Below are positions 1 through 12,962 of a DNA stretch of 64,000 nt, one piece after another (position 1 is the first letter of the stretch; each line of letters starts with the position of its first letter). The DNA comes from Squalus acanthias (lineage: Eukaryota). The notes beneath the pieces were generated by a model. It was not told the DNA's origin. It saw nothing but the letters and a program-made list of their open reading frames with translations, and made no database searches. Location: positions 2,418,001 to 2,482,000 of the forward strand of contig CM059449.1 of the NCBI GenBank assembly GCA_030390025.1. The letters run 5' to 3'. The translations under genes were made by a program, and so were the position numbers.

Positions 1-1503
1 GTGATAAAATCACCATCAGCATTTTTCTGTTCTCCTTTTTCTACTGGGGTTTCTGTGTTTCTATATTAGGAATTTTCTTGCTGATCTAGCTTCAAAATTG
101 ATGCTGTTTTTCATTATTATCTTCCCCGTGTATTTGTTCATTCCACTCCTTCATTGTGGAAGCAGGGAAATTCTCGTCAGGAGCTGGTCTACTTCATTTT
201 TAAAAATTTGTTTATTGGATGTGGGCATCGCTGGCAAGGCCAGCATTTAATGCCCATCACTAATTGTCCTTGAGAAGCTGGTGGTGAGGGTACTCCCACA
301 GTGCTGTTAGGTAGGGAGTTCCAGGATTTTAACCCAGCGATATATTTCCAAGTCAGGATGGTGTGTGACTTGGAGGGTAACTTTGGAGGTGGTGGTGTTC
401 CTATGCGCCTGCTGCCCTTGTCCTTCTAGGTGGAAGAGCTCGCGGGTTTGGGAGGTGCTGCCGAAGAAGCCTTGGCGAGTTGCTGCAGTGCATCTTGTAG
501 ATGTAACCAGTTCTTCCATTTATTAACTCTCTGAACATAGAAAAACGTCCCAAGGTGCTTCACAAAGGGAAAAAAGCCAATTTTCATGAACTTACTGTGC
601 CCGAGCGATCCAATAGCCCCAGGAACAGGGCAGTTCAGTTTGCCACCTGTGCATAAACTGGTATTGTAGATTTTCCTCCCATAAGAAATAGGAGCAGGAA
701 TAGGCCACTTGGCCCCTCGAGCCTGCTCCGCCATTCAATAAGATCATGGCTGATCTTGGGCTCAAAGCCACTTCCCCGCCCGCTCCCCATAACCCTTCAC
801 TCCCTTACCTTGCAAAAATTTGTCTATCTCCACCTTAAATGTATTTAATGACCCAGCTTCCACGGCTCTCTGGGGCGGTGCAGAGAAATCCACAGATTTA
901 CGACCCTCTGAGAAGAAATTCCTCCTCATCTCAGTTTTAAAAGGGCGACCCTTTATTCTAAAACTCTGCCCCCGCGTTCTAGATTTCCCCACGAGGGGAA
1001 ACATCCTCTCTGCATCTACCTTGTCGTGCCCCCTCAGTATCTTATATGTTTCAATAAGATCACCTCTCATTCTTCTAAATTCCAATGAGTATAGGCCCAG
1101 CCTGCTCAACCTTTCCTCATGAGGCAAACCCCTCATCTCTGGAATTTACCTAGTAAATCGTCTCTGAACTGCCTCCATGCAAGTATATCCTTCCTTAAAT
1201 AAGGAGACCAAAACTGTACGCAGTACTCGAGGTGTGGTCTCACCAATACCCTGTACAGTTGTAGCAGAACTTCCCTGCTTTTATACTCCAACTCCTTTGA
1301 AATAAAGGCCAACATTCCATTTGCCTTTTTGATTACTTGCTGTACCTGCATGCTAACTTTTTGTGTTTCATGCACAAGGACCCCCAGGTCCCACTGAACA
1401 GTAGCATTTTGTAATCCCTCTCCATTTAAATAATTAGCTTTTTTATTTTTCTTGCCAAAGTGTATAACCTCGCACTTTCCCACATTATACTCCATCTGCC
1501 AAA
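1..1503 (-). repeat. Inverted duplicate of 28174-29722 (gene B last intron)
   Basis: Window start is the reverse complement of sequence ending at 29722, including unique flank, LINE fragment and CR1 3' end. Confidence 0.93.
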
Positions 1504-2215
1504 TAATTATAGAATCCCCTACAACTACATTACTCTTCCTCTCCTCCTCCTCCTCCCGTAGGACAGCTTCCTGCTCCAAAGTGCCATGGGCTGCATTCTG
1601 GCTGTCCTTCCGACAGTCTTTATCCTTATCCTCACAGGTAGCAAGTATATTCTACTTGTTGGATAATATCAGTTTCCATGAATCCTCGTTCCCTTTCTTA
1701 TCTGGGTTCCCCTTACTCTGCACACTATTGGTCACACCAACCCCATTCTGATCCTGCACCTCTCTACGAGGTGTGACCAAAGTCTGGAGCAAACTGTTCA
1801 GATACTCCTCCCCCTCCCTTATGTGTCGAAGTGTCTCCAACGCGCACTCCAGCTCAATGACTCTGAGCCGGAGAGAATCGAGACGGAGACATCTCCTGCA
1901 GACGTGTTCGCTCGGGACAGTCTCACTGTCCACAAACTCCCACAACCTGCTCTGCCATATCTTAGTCTAGACTTATTTTATTTATTTAATTAGTTAAAGT
2001 CTTTATTCAATGATTATTTATAGTTATGTTAATTTGTTTAACTAGTTAAGTTATAAATTTAATAAATTGTGTTACATTTTCCCGCTCATAGTTTAAACCA
2101 CTGTCCTAGGTTAGAGAGAAAATACGTTAATACTCACCCACCAATCACCTACCTGCTGCCCTGTGACATAACTCCTTCGTTTTTGCTGTTCTTGAAACCG
2201 TCGGAGGTGCTGCCA
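685..2215 (-). mobile_element. CR1 LINE composite: 5'UTR/ORF1 (Cys-rich coil, GDS esterase start) fused directly to ORF2 C-terminus
   Basis: MWEF...VCRRCLRL...; VVVGDSII joined to [13 protein letters not shown] at ~1503; CR1 3' UTR. Confidence 0.88.
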
Positions 2216-2218
2216 CCG

Positions 2219-2735
2219 CTCAGATCCACAGTGCCTCTCCTCTCACTGTTTAAATCTTGCTGCTGTCGCCTCTCAGATCCACACTGTCTCTCCTCTCACT
2301 GTTTAAATCTTGCTGTCGCCTCTCAGATCCACACTGCCTCTCCTCTCACTGTTTAAATCTTGCTGCTGTCGCCTCTCAGATCCACACTGTCTCTCCTCTC
2401 ACTGTTTAAATCTTGCTGCTGCCTCTCAGATCCACACTGTCTCTCCTCTCACTGTTTAAATCTTGCTGTCGCCTCTCAGATCCACACTGTCTCTCCTCTC
2501 ACTGTTTAAATCTTGCTGCCTCTCAGATCCACACTGCCTCTCCTCTCACTGTTTAAATCTTGCTGTCGCCTCATATTTCCACACTGTCTCTCCTCTCACT
2601 GTTTAAATCTTGCTGTCGCCTCTCAGATCCACACTGCCTCTCCTCTCACTGTTTAAATCTTGCTGTCGCCTCATATTTCCACACTGTCTCTCCTCTCACT
2701 GTTTAAATCTTGCTGTCGCCTCTAAGATCCACACT
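2219..2735. repeat. Minisatellite, ~50-bp unit, ~10 copies
   Basis: ctctcagatccacactgtctctcctctcactgtttaaatcttgctgtcgc repeated. Confidence 0.95.
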
Positions 2736-3221
2736 GAATTCAATAAATCTATTAATTTGTGGGCCAGGACCAGAAAAAATTTGATCACCACTGACATTTA
2801 CCCCTCATTTCCCGGCACCGTGTGTTGTTGTAAAAGCAAATAGTCTTCAGGGAGGAGAATCTGTCACTTAGACCTGCACTGGCCTAGATGTGGCTTCAGT
2901 CACAACATAGTGATTCTTAACATCCTCAGCAAAACTGAAGATTTCCATTAGACAGTAGCTTCAATCTTAGTGATAATTCACTGAGAACTTCATATCTGAA
3001 CAGTATAGAGGCAACTCTGCCACAGAATACCAAAATGTGACGGTATTTTACGCTAGCTTCAGTCTGGTTATTTTCGAGCATGTGTACGTCCCACTGCAAT
3101 TATCACAATTTAGATCCAGTACCACATCTGTACCAACTGATGGCAGAGGTCAAGACCGTATTTATCCAATAGATGTATTGGTAGAATAAAATAATATGCA
3201 GCTTATTTTCCATATTTGTAG

Positions 3222-6200
3222 TGTCTGGGAGTCAGCCTGAGATCCATGTTGAAGGATTCCATGAGCGAGGGGGGAGTCTTGTGTGTAAATCCAGTGGATG
3301 GTACCCGGCCCCTGAGGTATCCTGGAGATACACAGATGGACCGGACATTTCTGCACCGTCTAAAACCCTGAATACTGCAGAGTCCAGCGGAGCTGTCACT
3401 ATCGAAAGTCACATCAACATCACAAAGGATCTTGGGGAAAGCTACTCCTGTCTGATAAGGAACAGATTGCTCTTCGAGGAAAGAGAAGGAATTATTGAGA
3501 TAGCAGGTCAGTGACAATCCCTCCTGAACAGAGGGTTGATGACATATTTATGAAATATTCACATGAACACATTCATCAGTCTGATTGATTTATTGTTTGA
3601 CATGTCAATGGTATCTTAGTTCTACAACAAATAAGGTTGTTTGTTTATTTACAGATGAGTTTTTCCCTCAGGAGATGGGAGTTTCAGGATGGAGTGTGGC
3701 TTTCTGGAAACTCACAGTTCTCACTGCTATTCTAATAATTGCAGCTCTCCTCTACTGGTTAGAACGATGGAACGGTGTTTTCTATACATGGAAAGAATTG
3801 AAAGGTAACATCTTACAAAAAATGTTTAAAATCTTGCATTGTGTAAACACTGAAATATACAGAGAATAATTTTTTATAATTGTCCAGAATAAGATGATCC
3901 ATAATCTCGCAGTAACAGTGATTTAATATCACTGCGTTCCATTTCACTAAAGTACGTCACAGTACAAACCATCACTTACTGATCCGGGATTGGGAAAGCC
4001 TGCATTCAGCTGCAGAACTCTGAATTGCTGTTCCATATTCCAGTGGAGTTTCACAGTCTCTCTGTGCTGGATACCTCCAGCTCTACCTGCTTCACGCCAC
4101 TTAACACACTGGAAAAAATCCTTACATGTGAACTTACAACAGGTTACATTTTAGATACACGTTTTCCATCATTTTCAAAAACTGATGCTTGCTGCACTAG
4201 AAATGCTACAAACAGAAACAGCCCTGAAATTGCTGTCAGTGACATTAGGAGGAATGGTTAACCGTGTCGTATGTAATTCCTTCGTTTGCTAGTTCAATTA
4301 AATTTAAGCATATTTATTTAATACTACTCAGTCTCCCGTGGCCATTCCACACGTGAAGTCAAAACCAAAAGAAATCTTCAGGTGGAGCGGGATATGAGCG
4401 TGTCGGGTGCGGGGGGTGGGTGCTGGAAGGGGGTCGTGTAGTAAGTATTCAAACCAGGGCTTGTAGTTGAATCATAGAATGGTTACAGCACAGAAGGAGG
4501 CCATTCGGCCCGTCAAGCCTGTGCTGGCTCTCCTCAAGATCACTTCAGCTAGTCCCACTCCCCCACCCTTTCCCCGTAGCCCTGCAAATTCTTTTCCTTC
4601 TGGTACTTATCCAACTCCCTTTTGAAAGCCACGATTGAATCTGCCTCCACCACCCTTTCAGGCAGTGCATTCTAGATCATAATCACTCGCTGCGCAAAAA
4701 AGGTATTTCCTCATGTCGCCTTTGGTTCTTTTGCAAATCACCTTAAAACTGTGCCCTCTGGTTCTCGACCCTTCCATCAGTGGGAACAGTTTCTCTCTAT
4801 CTACTCTGTCTAGACCCCTCATGATTTTGAACTCCTCTATCAAATCTCCTCTCAACCTTCTCTGCTCTAAGGAGAACAACCCCAGCTTCTCTAGTCCATC
4901 CACGTAACTGAAGTCCCTCATCCCTGGAATCATTCTCGTAAATCTTTTCTGCACCCTCACTAAGGCCTTCACCGAGGAGGCGCTGAAAGTTCGCTTTGGC
5001 AATATTAAGGGCCATCTTGCAGGCAGCCTCATCACCAATGCCTGCGCTGTCAGTCATCTGCAAGAGGAGACAAGTTAGAGACCGTTCTAACCCTCTACAC
5101 AGCAGTTTAAATTAGTTACTGTGGAAGTTCACAGGATAGAGAGCTGTATGTTGCTTCACTCCCAGTCTCCAGCCCCACTTCGAAGGGGAAATGGTTTATC
5201 CATCACGTTTTATACTATCCCACCCCAGCAAAGGCTTTGGGCCCAGAAAACATTCCGGCTGTCCTTCTGAGGACTTGTGCTCCGGAACTAGCTGCGCCTC
5301 TAGCCAAGCTGGTCCAGTACAGCTACAACACTGGCATCTGTCTGAAAATGTGGAAAACTGCCCAGGTATGTTCTGTCCACAAAAGGCAGGACAAATCCAA
5401 TCCGGCCAATTACCTCCCCATCAGTCTACTCTCAATCAATGTAAGGTGTCATCAATAGTGCTATCAAGCGGCACTTACTCACCAATAATCTGCTCAGCGA
5501 TGCCCAGTTTTCTGTTACGCCAGGACCACTCGGCTCCAGACCGCATTACAGCCTTGGTCCAAACATGGACAAAATAGCTGAATTCCAGAGCTAAGGTGAG
5601 AGTGACTGCCCTTGACATCAAGGCAGCATTTGACCGAGTGTGGCTTCAAGGAGCCTGAGTAAAACTGAAGTCAATGGGTAAAGGGGAAAACTCTCCACTG
5701 GCTGGAGTCATACCTCGCACAAAGGAAGATGGTTGTGGTTGTTGGAGGCCGATCATCACAACCCCAGGACATCACTGCAGGAGTTCCTCAGGGCAGTGTC
5801 CTCGGCCCATCCATCTTCAGCTGCTTCATCAATGACCTTCTCTCCATCATAAGGTCAGAAGTGGGAATGTTTGCTGATGATTGCACAGTGTTCAGTTCTA
5901 TTCGCAACTCCTCAGATAATGAAGCAGTCCATGCCCGCATGCAGCAACTCCTGGACCACATTCAGGCTTGGGCTGATAAGAGGCAGGTAACATTTGTGGC
6001 ACACAATGGCCAGGCAATGACTATCTCCAACAAGAGGCAGTCTAACCACCGCCCCTTGACATTCAACGGCATTACCATCGCCGAATCTCCCACCATCAAC
6101 ATCCTGGGGGTCTCACCATTGACCAGAAACTTAACTGGACCAGCCACTTAAATACTGTAGCTGCAAGAGCAGGTCAGAGGCTGGGGATTCTGCAACAAGT

Positions 6201-9200
6201 GTCTCACGTACTGACTCCCCAAAGCCTTTCCACCATCTACAAGGCACAAGTCAGAAGTGTAATGGAATATGCTCCACTTGCTTGGATGAGTGCAGCTCCA
6301 ACAACACTCAGAAGCTCAACACCATCCAGGACAAAGCAGCCCGCTTGATTGGCACCCCATCCATCACCTTAAACAGTCACTCCCTACAGCACTGGCGTAC
6401 CGTGGCTGCAGTGTGTAGCATCTACATGTTGCACTACAGCAACTCGCCAAGGCTTCTTCGGCAGCACCTCCCAAACCCTCGATCTCTTCCACCTAGAAGG
6501 ACAAGGGCAGCAGGTGCATGGGAACACCATCACCTCCAAGTTACACACCATCCTGACTTGGAAATATATCGCCGTTCCTTCATCGTCGCTGGGTCAAAAT
6601 CCTGGAACTCCCTCCCTAACAGCACTGTGGGAGTACCTTCACCACACAGACTGCGGTGGTTCAAGAAGGCGGCTCACCACCACCTTCTGAATGAATAAAA
6701 AAACATCTTGAGGCTCCATTGGTTCAGTTTCGCTCATTGATTGCACTGATTCATGGATGATTTTAGGTTCAGGATTATGATAATTAGGTTTGCGCGGCCA
6801 TTTGGGCGGAATTCCACCTCGACCATTTTGGGTTCAATTTCCTGATTGCGAACATGCAGAAGCCCTTGAGTTTTCACTTAAACTTTATCTGGGCCAACAC
6901 CACCCAAACCAGATTGAACTGGTTATTCATTTTGTTTCTCTCGGTGGGATCATACTGAGCATAATATGGCTGATGCTGTTGCTTACATAACGGTCACTGC
7001 ACTTCAAACAGTAATTGATCGGATGTGGTGCGCTTTTGGGACATCCTGAGAATGTGATCAGTCGCTATACAACACCAGCAACAACTTGTATTTACACAGC
7101 GCCTCTAACATAGTAAAATGCCCCAAGGTGCTTCACAGGAGTGTTATCAGACAAAATGTGAGACTGAGGCACATGAGATATTGGGACAGGTAACCAAAAG
7201 CTTAGTCAAAGAGGTTTTAAGTAGCGTCTTCAAGGAGAAGAGAGAGGTAGAGAGGTATAGGGAGGGAATTCCAGAGCTAAGGGCCCAGGCAGCTGAAGGC
7301 ACGGCCGCCAATGGTGGAGTGATTAAAATCGGGGCTGCGAAGGAGGCCAGAATTGGAGGAATGTAGAGATCTCGGAGGGTTGTAGTGCTGGAGGAGGTTA
7401 CAGGGGTGGGGGGGGGGGGGGTGGGAGGGGGGCTGCGGGGTGAGGCCATGGAAGGATTTGAAGACAAGGATGTGAATTTTAAAATTGAGGTGTTGCCAGG
7501 ACGGGAGCCAATGTAGGTCAGCGAGCGCAGGGGTGATGGGTGAACGGGACTTGGTGCGAGTTAGGACACGGACAGCAGAGTTTTGGATGAGCTAAAGTTT
7601 ACAGAGGGTGGGAGATGGAAGGCCGGCCAGGAGTGTGTTGGAATAGTCAAGTCTGGAAGTAACAAAGGCATGGATTTAGGATTTCAGCAGCCTATGAGCT
7701 GAGGCAGGGGCGGAGAAGGGCGATGTGATCACTCGCTATATAAAGACAAGTCTTCCTTTGTCCACTGTCTGAATTTGATTCTGCTCTTTAACTCATTAAT
7801 GAAAATTTTTCCAAGTCCCATGAAAATCACTCAAACCAGTCAGGAAACTGCAGGTTGTTTCTAATGAAAATTTATTCTCTTCCAGATCTACAGGAGCAGC
7901 TAATACTCTCAGGTAAGAAGAGTTGTGAGAAAATCTCAGCTGTGGTTCCACGGCCCCTCCGTGCAGTGTGTAATTATTGAAAGGGATGATGCCCAGTATC
8001 AGTGTAGCTGGATTGTATTTTGTCGATAAGTATTGTGATGAATTCTGGTGATATTTATCTGCTCTGTGTGATGTCTCCGCTGAACAGCAGCTGTGCTGTA
8101 AGTTTTCCCGAAGGTTTTTACACAGGGTCACACACCACGAGCTGCTCCCTCCTGATCCACAATTACTGAACGACCTCGTTCCCACAGAAAGGTCTTACTG
8201 ACGGAAATAAGCATCTTCTCACAGTGAGTGGGTTCGGCTCCTTTAAGGTTCCTGTCTAGAAGTGGACAGTCCCGAGTGTGGTGGATCCTGTGTGATGTGC
8301 AGCTCTCAATGAGATATGTCAGTGGTGTCCGGGTCACTGTAAATAAATGACAATCATTGTGTCACACGGATCTGTGATTCATTTATGCTCGGTATTTACA
8401 CTTTATTATGTGACGGCGCCATTGATGTTATTTTTATCTGTTTTTCAGAGTGGAAGGGGATTACGATGTTTCCAGGTAAGAGACTTCAGATCCTGGGGCT
8501 GTGCCGGTTTCTATCTTGTGAAGTTCAGGTTCTGGTCTGTGCGGAGTGTTTAACATCCGTGGGGGAGCCCTGTCAATAATTAAAACATCAGCATTCCCAG
8601 AAGTCCTGTCTGAAACACCGTCTGTCTATAAATACTGCAGTGAGTGAGAGGGGACTGTGCCACAGGGTCAGGGTGGTAACTCATTCCCGACAGAGCTGTT
8701 GTCTGTTTCTCCCTGTAACAGCACATGCCACTGATATTAAAATAAAGATTAATCTCTTTCTTAATTCTAAAAATGAGAAGTTGCACAACACCAGGTTATA
8801 GTCCAACAGATTGTTGGACTATAACCTGGTGTTGTGCGACTTCTCATTTTTGTCCACCCCAGTCCAACGCCGGCATCTCCTCATCTTAATTCTAAGGCAT
8901 AGCCTGAGGTCTCACAATCCAGCTGGGGGTCGGGCCCGGCAGATTCGGTGAACATACGAACATACGAATTAGGAGCAGGAGTCAGCCACTCAGCCCCTCG
9001 AGCCTGCTCCGCCATTCAATAAGATCATGGCTGATCTGATTACTCCACATTCCCGCCTACCCCCGATAACTTTTCACCCCCTTGCTTACCAAGAATCTAT
9101 CGACCTCTGCCTTAAAAATATTCAAAGACTCTGCTTCCACCGCCCTCTGAGGAAGAGAGTTCCAAAGACTCACCACCCTCACAGAATCCCCACAGTGCAG

Positions 9201-12200
9201 ATAGAGGCCATTTCGGCCCATCGAGCCTGCACCGACACATATCCCACCCTATCCCCGTAACCCCACGTATTTAATCCCCCCCCTAACACTAACCCTCTGA
9301 GAAATTTCTCCTCATCTCTGCCTTAAATGGGCGACCCCTTATTTTTAAACAGTGACCCCTAGTTCTAGATTCTCCCACAAGAGGAAACATCCTCTCCACA
9401 TCCACCCTGTCAAGACCCCTCAGGATCTTGTATATTTCAATCAAGTCACCTCTTACTCTTCTAAACTCCAGCAGATACAAGCCTAGCCTGTCCAACCTTT
9501 CCTCAGAAGACAACCCGCCCATTCCAGGTATTAGTCGAGTAAACCTTCTCTGAACTGCTTCCAACGCATTTACATCCTTCCTTAAATAAGGAGACCAATA
9601 CTGTACACAGTACTCCAGATGTGGTCTCACCAATGCCCTGTATAATTGAAGCATAACCTCCCTACTTTTGTATTCAATTCCCCTCGCAATAAACGATAAC
9701 ATTCTATTAGATTTCCTAATTACTTGCTGTACCTGCATACTAACCTATTGCGATTCATGCACTAGGACACCCAGATCCCTCTGCATCTCAGAGCTCTGTA
9801 ATCTCTCACCTTTTAGATAATGCTTCTTTTTTATTCTTCCTGCCAAAATGGACAATTTTACATTTTCCCACATTATACTCCATTTGCCAGATCTTTGCCC
9901 ACTCACTTATTCTATCTATATCCCTTTGTAGCCTCCTTATGTCCTCTTCACAATTTACTTTCCTACCTATCTTTGTGTCATCAGCAAATTTAGCAACCAT
10001 ACCTTTGGTCCCTTCATCCAAGTCATTTATATACATTGTAAAAAGTTGAGGCTCCAGCACTGGTTCCTGTGGCACACCACTCATTACATCTTGCCAACCA
10101 GAAAATGACCCATTTATGCCTACTCTCTGTTTCCTGTCAGCTAGCCAATCTTCTATCCATGCCAATATGTTACCCCCTACACCATGAGCTTTTATTTTCC
10201 ACAATAACCTTTGATGTGGCACCTTATCAAATACCTTTTGGAAATCTAAGTACAGTACATCCACCGGTCCCCCTTTATCCATAGCACATGTTACTTCCTC
10301 AAAGAACTCCAATAAATTGGTTAAACATGATTTCTCTTTCACAAAACCATGTTGACTCTGCCTGATTACCTTGAACTTTTCTAAGTGCCCTGCTATAACG
10401 TCTTTAATAATAGCTTCTAACATCTTCCCTTTGACAGATGTTAAACTAACTGGACTGAAGTTTCCTGCTTTCTGTCCCTTCCCCCCCCCCGCCTCCTTTT
10501 TTGAATAAAGGAGTTGCATTCGCTATTTTCCAATCTAATGGAACCTTCTCCGAATCTAGGGAATTTTGGAAAATTAAAACCAACGCATCAACTATCTCAT
10601 GAGCCATTTCTTTTAAGACCCTAGAATGAAGTCCATTAGGAACCGGGGACTTGTCAGCCCGCAGCGCCAACAATTTGCTCAGTACCACTTCCCTGGTGAT
10701 TGTAATTTTCTTGAGTTCCTCCCTCCCTTCCATTTCCTGATTTACAGCTATTTCTGGGATGTTACTTGCACCCTCTATAGTGAAGACCGATGCAAAATAC
10801 CTGTTGAATTCAACTGCCATCTCCATATTTTCCATTATTAATTCCCTAGACTCACTTTCTATAGGACCAATGCTCACTTTGTTAACTCTTTTCTTTTTTA
10901 AATATCTATAGAAACTCTTACTATCTGTTTTTATATTTCTAGCTAGCTTTCTCTCGTACTCTAATTTTTCTCTCCTTATTAATCTTTTAGTCATTCTTTG
11001 CTGTTTTATATATTCTGTCCAATCTTCTGACCTGCCACCCATCTTTGCGCAATTATATGCTTTTTCTTTAAGTTTGATACTATCTTTAACTTTTTTAGTT
11101 AACTACGGATGGTGGGTCCTCCCCTTGGAATTTTTCTTTCTCGTTGGAATGTATCTATTCTGTGTATTCTGAAATATCCCCTTAAATGTCTGCCACTGCA
11201 TCTCTATTGACCTATCCCTGCTCCAGGCCTGGGCTGTTGGGCTTGGCCTGTCCCTGGTGTGTGTGTATTTTACTTGTCCCTTTCCTACAATAATTGATTC
11301 TCAATCTGTTTGGAAGGGTGAGGGTCTGCTCCTGCTCGCGGGCTGGGGTTCAGGGTCAAAGCGGCTGAATGGGCCGATCCCCAGACAGGAGAGAGACTGA
11401 GAGAAATGGTCTGCAAGTGATTATTGGACTGGGTCCGGTCCGTGTGTGGCCTAGAGGTACACTGAGCCGGTCCGTACCGGGATTGCATCGATGTGAATGT
11501 GGAGTTGGGTCTGTGTGTGACCTGCAGGTGCACTGATCCGGTCCGTACCGGGATTGCACCGGGTGTGAATGTGGAGTTCGGTCTATTTGTGACCTGCGGG
11601 TACACTGAGCTGGTCTGTACCGGGATTGCACCGGGTGTGAATGTGGAGTTGGGTCTGTGTGTGACCTGCAGGTGCACTGATCCGGTCCGTACCGGGATTG
11701 CACCAGGTGTGAATGTGGGTCTGCGAGCTGGGATCAGGCCGCTCCCGGTTTTTGCTCCTGATCGGTTTTATATTTTTATTGCAGAACCTGTGACTCTGGA
11801 TCCGGTCACAGCGAATACCTGGCTCATCGTTTCTGAGGACCGGACCAGTGTGAGACTCAGAGACAAACGGCAGCCGCTCCCTGACACCCCGGAGAGGTTT
11901 GATTTCTGGCCCTGTGTCCTGGGATCGGAGGGATTCACATCAGGGAAACACTACTGGGAGGTGGGGGTGGGGAACAAGACTCAGTGGTTTGTGGGAGTGG
12001 CCCGAGAGTCTGCCGGGAGGAAAGGGAGAATCAGACTGAGCCCTGAGAGCGGATACTGGGTTGTGGAGCTGAGACCTGGAAGTGTCTATGCTGCCAGCAC
12101 CTCCCCCTCACGGACCCCCCTCACCCCGTGTGTGGATCCCCGGAAGATCGGGGTGTACCTGGACTGTGAGAGCAGACAGGTGTCATTTTACAATGCGGAC

Positions 12201-12329
12201 AACATGTCCCATCTCCACACATTCACCCACACTTTCACTGAGAGAATCTTTCCCTTCTTCAATCCGGGATGGAATGACGGTGGGAAAAACTCCGCCCCCC
12301 TGACAATCTGCAGGGTTAAAGGTCACTAA
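3222..12329 (+). CDS. Duplicate of gene A, 3' part only in window (IgC-TM-microexons-B30.2); 5' end rearranged or outside window
   Basis: Exons 3222-3506, 3655-3804, 7886-7912, 8449-8475, 11785-12329, intact and near-identical to gene A; no leader or IgV exon in 1-3221. Confidence 0.85.
4470..4975 (-). mobile_element. CR1 LINE 3' fragment (copy at ~53248-53753)
   Basis: [12 protein letters not shown]...LFSLEQRRLRGDL. Confidence 0.88.
5215..6700 (+). mobile_element. Degenerate CR1/L2-superfamily LINE RT fragment (copy at ~53993-55480)
   Basis: [25 protein letters not shown] motifs with frameshifts. Confidence 0.88.
8769..8883. repeat. Short insertion with 40-bp hairpin and 12-bp TSD (copy at 57538)
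   Basis: Arms 8769-8808 and 8812-8851; tcttaattctaa on both sides. Confidence 0.8.
8950..11220 (-). mobile_element. CR1 LINE ORF2, 5'-truncated and decayed (copy at ~57720-60003)
   Basis: SQHGF, YLDFQK.FDKVPH, KFADDTK motifs; CR1 3' UTR. Confidence 0.93.
11445..11720. repeat. 72-bp minisatellite, ~4 copies, just upstream of the B30.2 exon (copy at ~60229-60504)
   Basis: 24-codon periodicity in the ORF track. Confidence 0.9.
11785..12329 (+). CDS. B30.2/PRYSPRY exon of gene A duplicate
   Basis: Acceptor ttattgcag at 11784; differs from the 60569 copy by D/N and S/G substitutions. Confidence 0.93.
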
Positions 12330-12606
12330 CAGTAATGGGCCTGTTTCTTTTTACCTCCAATTTCAGTTTCTCATTCCATTTGCTCCCGGGTGTTTCTGTG
12401 TAATAAACATTCCCAATTGTAACTCAGTTTGTAATCAGTGTTTGACTGGAACCCCAGCAGGGCCGGGGTCACTGAATAACCCTCCCACCCTCACCCTGCA
12501 ACTTATCATCCCCGCCCAACCTGTACTGGAACGGAGTCTCTGCCCCTCCAGAGACCACAGCCTGGAATTCTTGTGCAGATATTACCCGATCGATCTGTGA
12601 GGTTAT

Positions 12607-12962
12607 CAGTCCCGATCCGGAGTGAAGTGTCTGTAACTCAGTCCCGATCCGGAGTGAAGTGTCTGTATATCAGTCCTGATCCGGAGTGAAGTGTCTGCAA
12701 CTCGGTCCCGATCCGGAGTGAAGTGTCTGTAACTCAGTCCTGATCCGGAGTGAAGTGTCTGTAACTCAGTCCTGATCCGGAGTGAAGTGTCTGTAACTCA
12801 GTCCTGATCCGGAGTGAAGTGTCTGCAACTCGGTCCCGATCCGGAGTGAAGTGTCTGTATATCAGTCCTGGTCCGGAGTGAAGTGTCTGTAACTCAGTCC
12901 CGATCCGGAGTGAAGTGTCTGTAACTCAGTCCCAAGCTGAAGTGAAGTGTCTGTAACTCAGT
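12607..12962. repeat. 32-bp VNTR, ~11 copies (~5 copies at 61391-61555)
   Basis: cagtcccgatccggagtgaagtgtctgtaact; duplication offset shifts by exactly 192 bp across it. Confidence 0.95.

Noticed and set aside
11493-11784. N-terminal Cys-rich repeat extension of the 278-aa B30.2 ORF (also 60277-60568)
   Set aside because: It is an intronic 72-bp minisatellite that happens to be open; a strong phase-1 acceptor lies at 11784, and the internal cctgcag sites would be phase 2
12607-12962. CRISPR-like look of the short repeat arrays
   Set aside because: Head-to-tail units with no unique spacers, no cas genes, eukaryotic context
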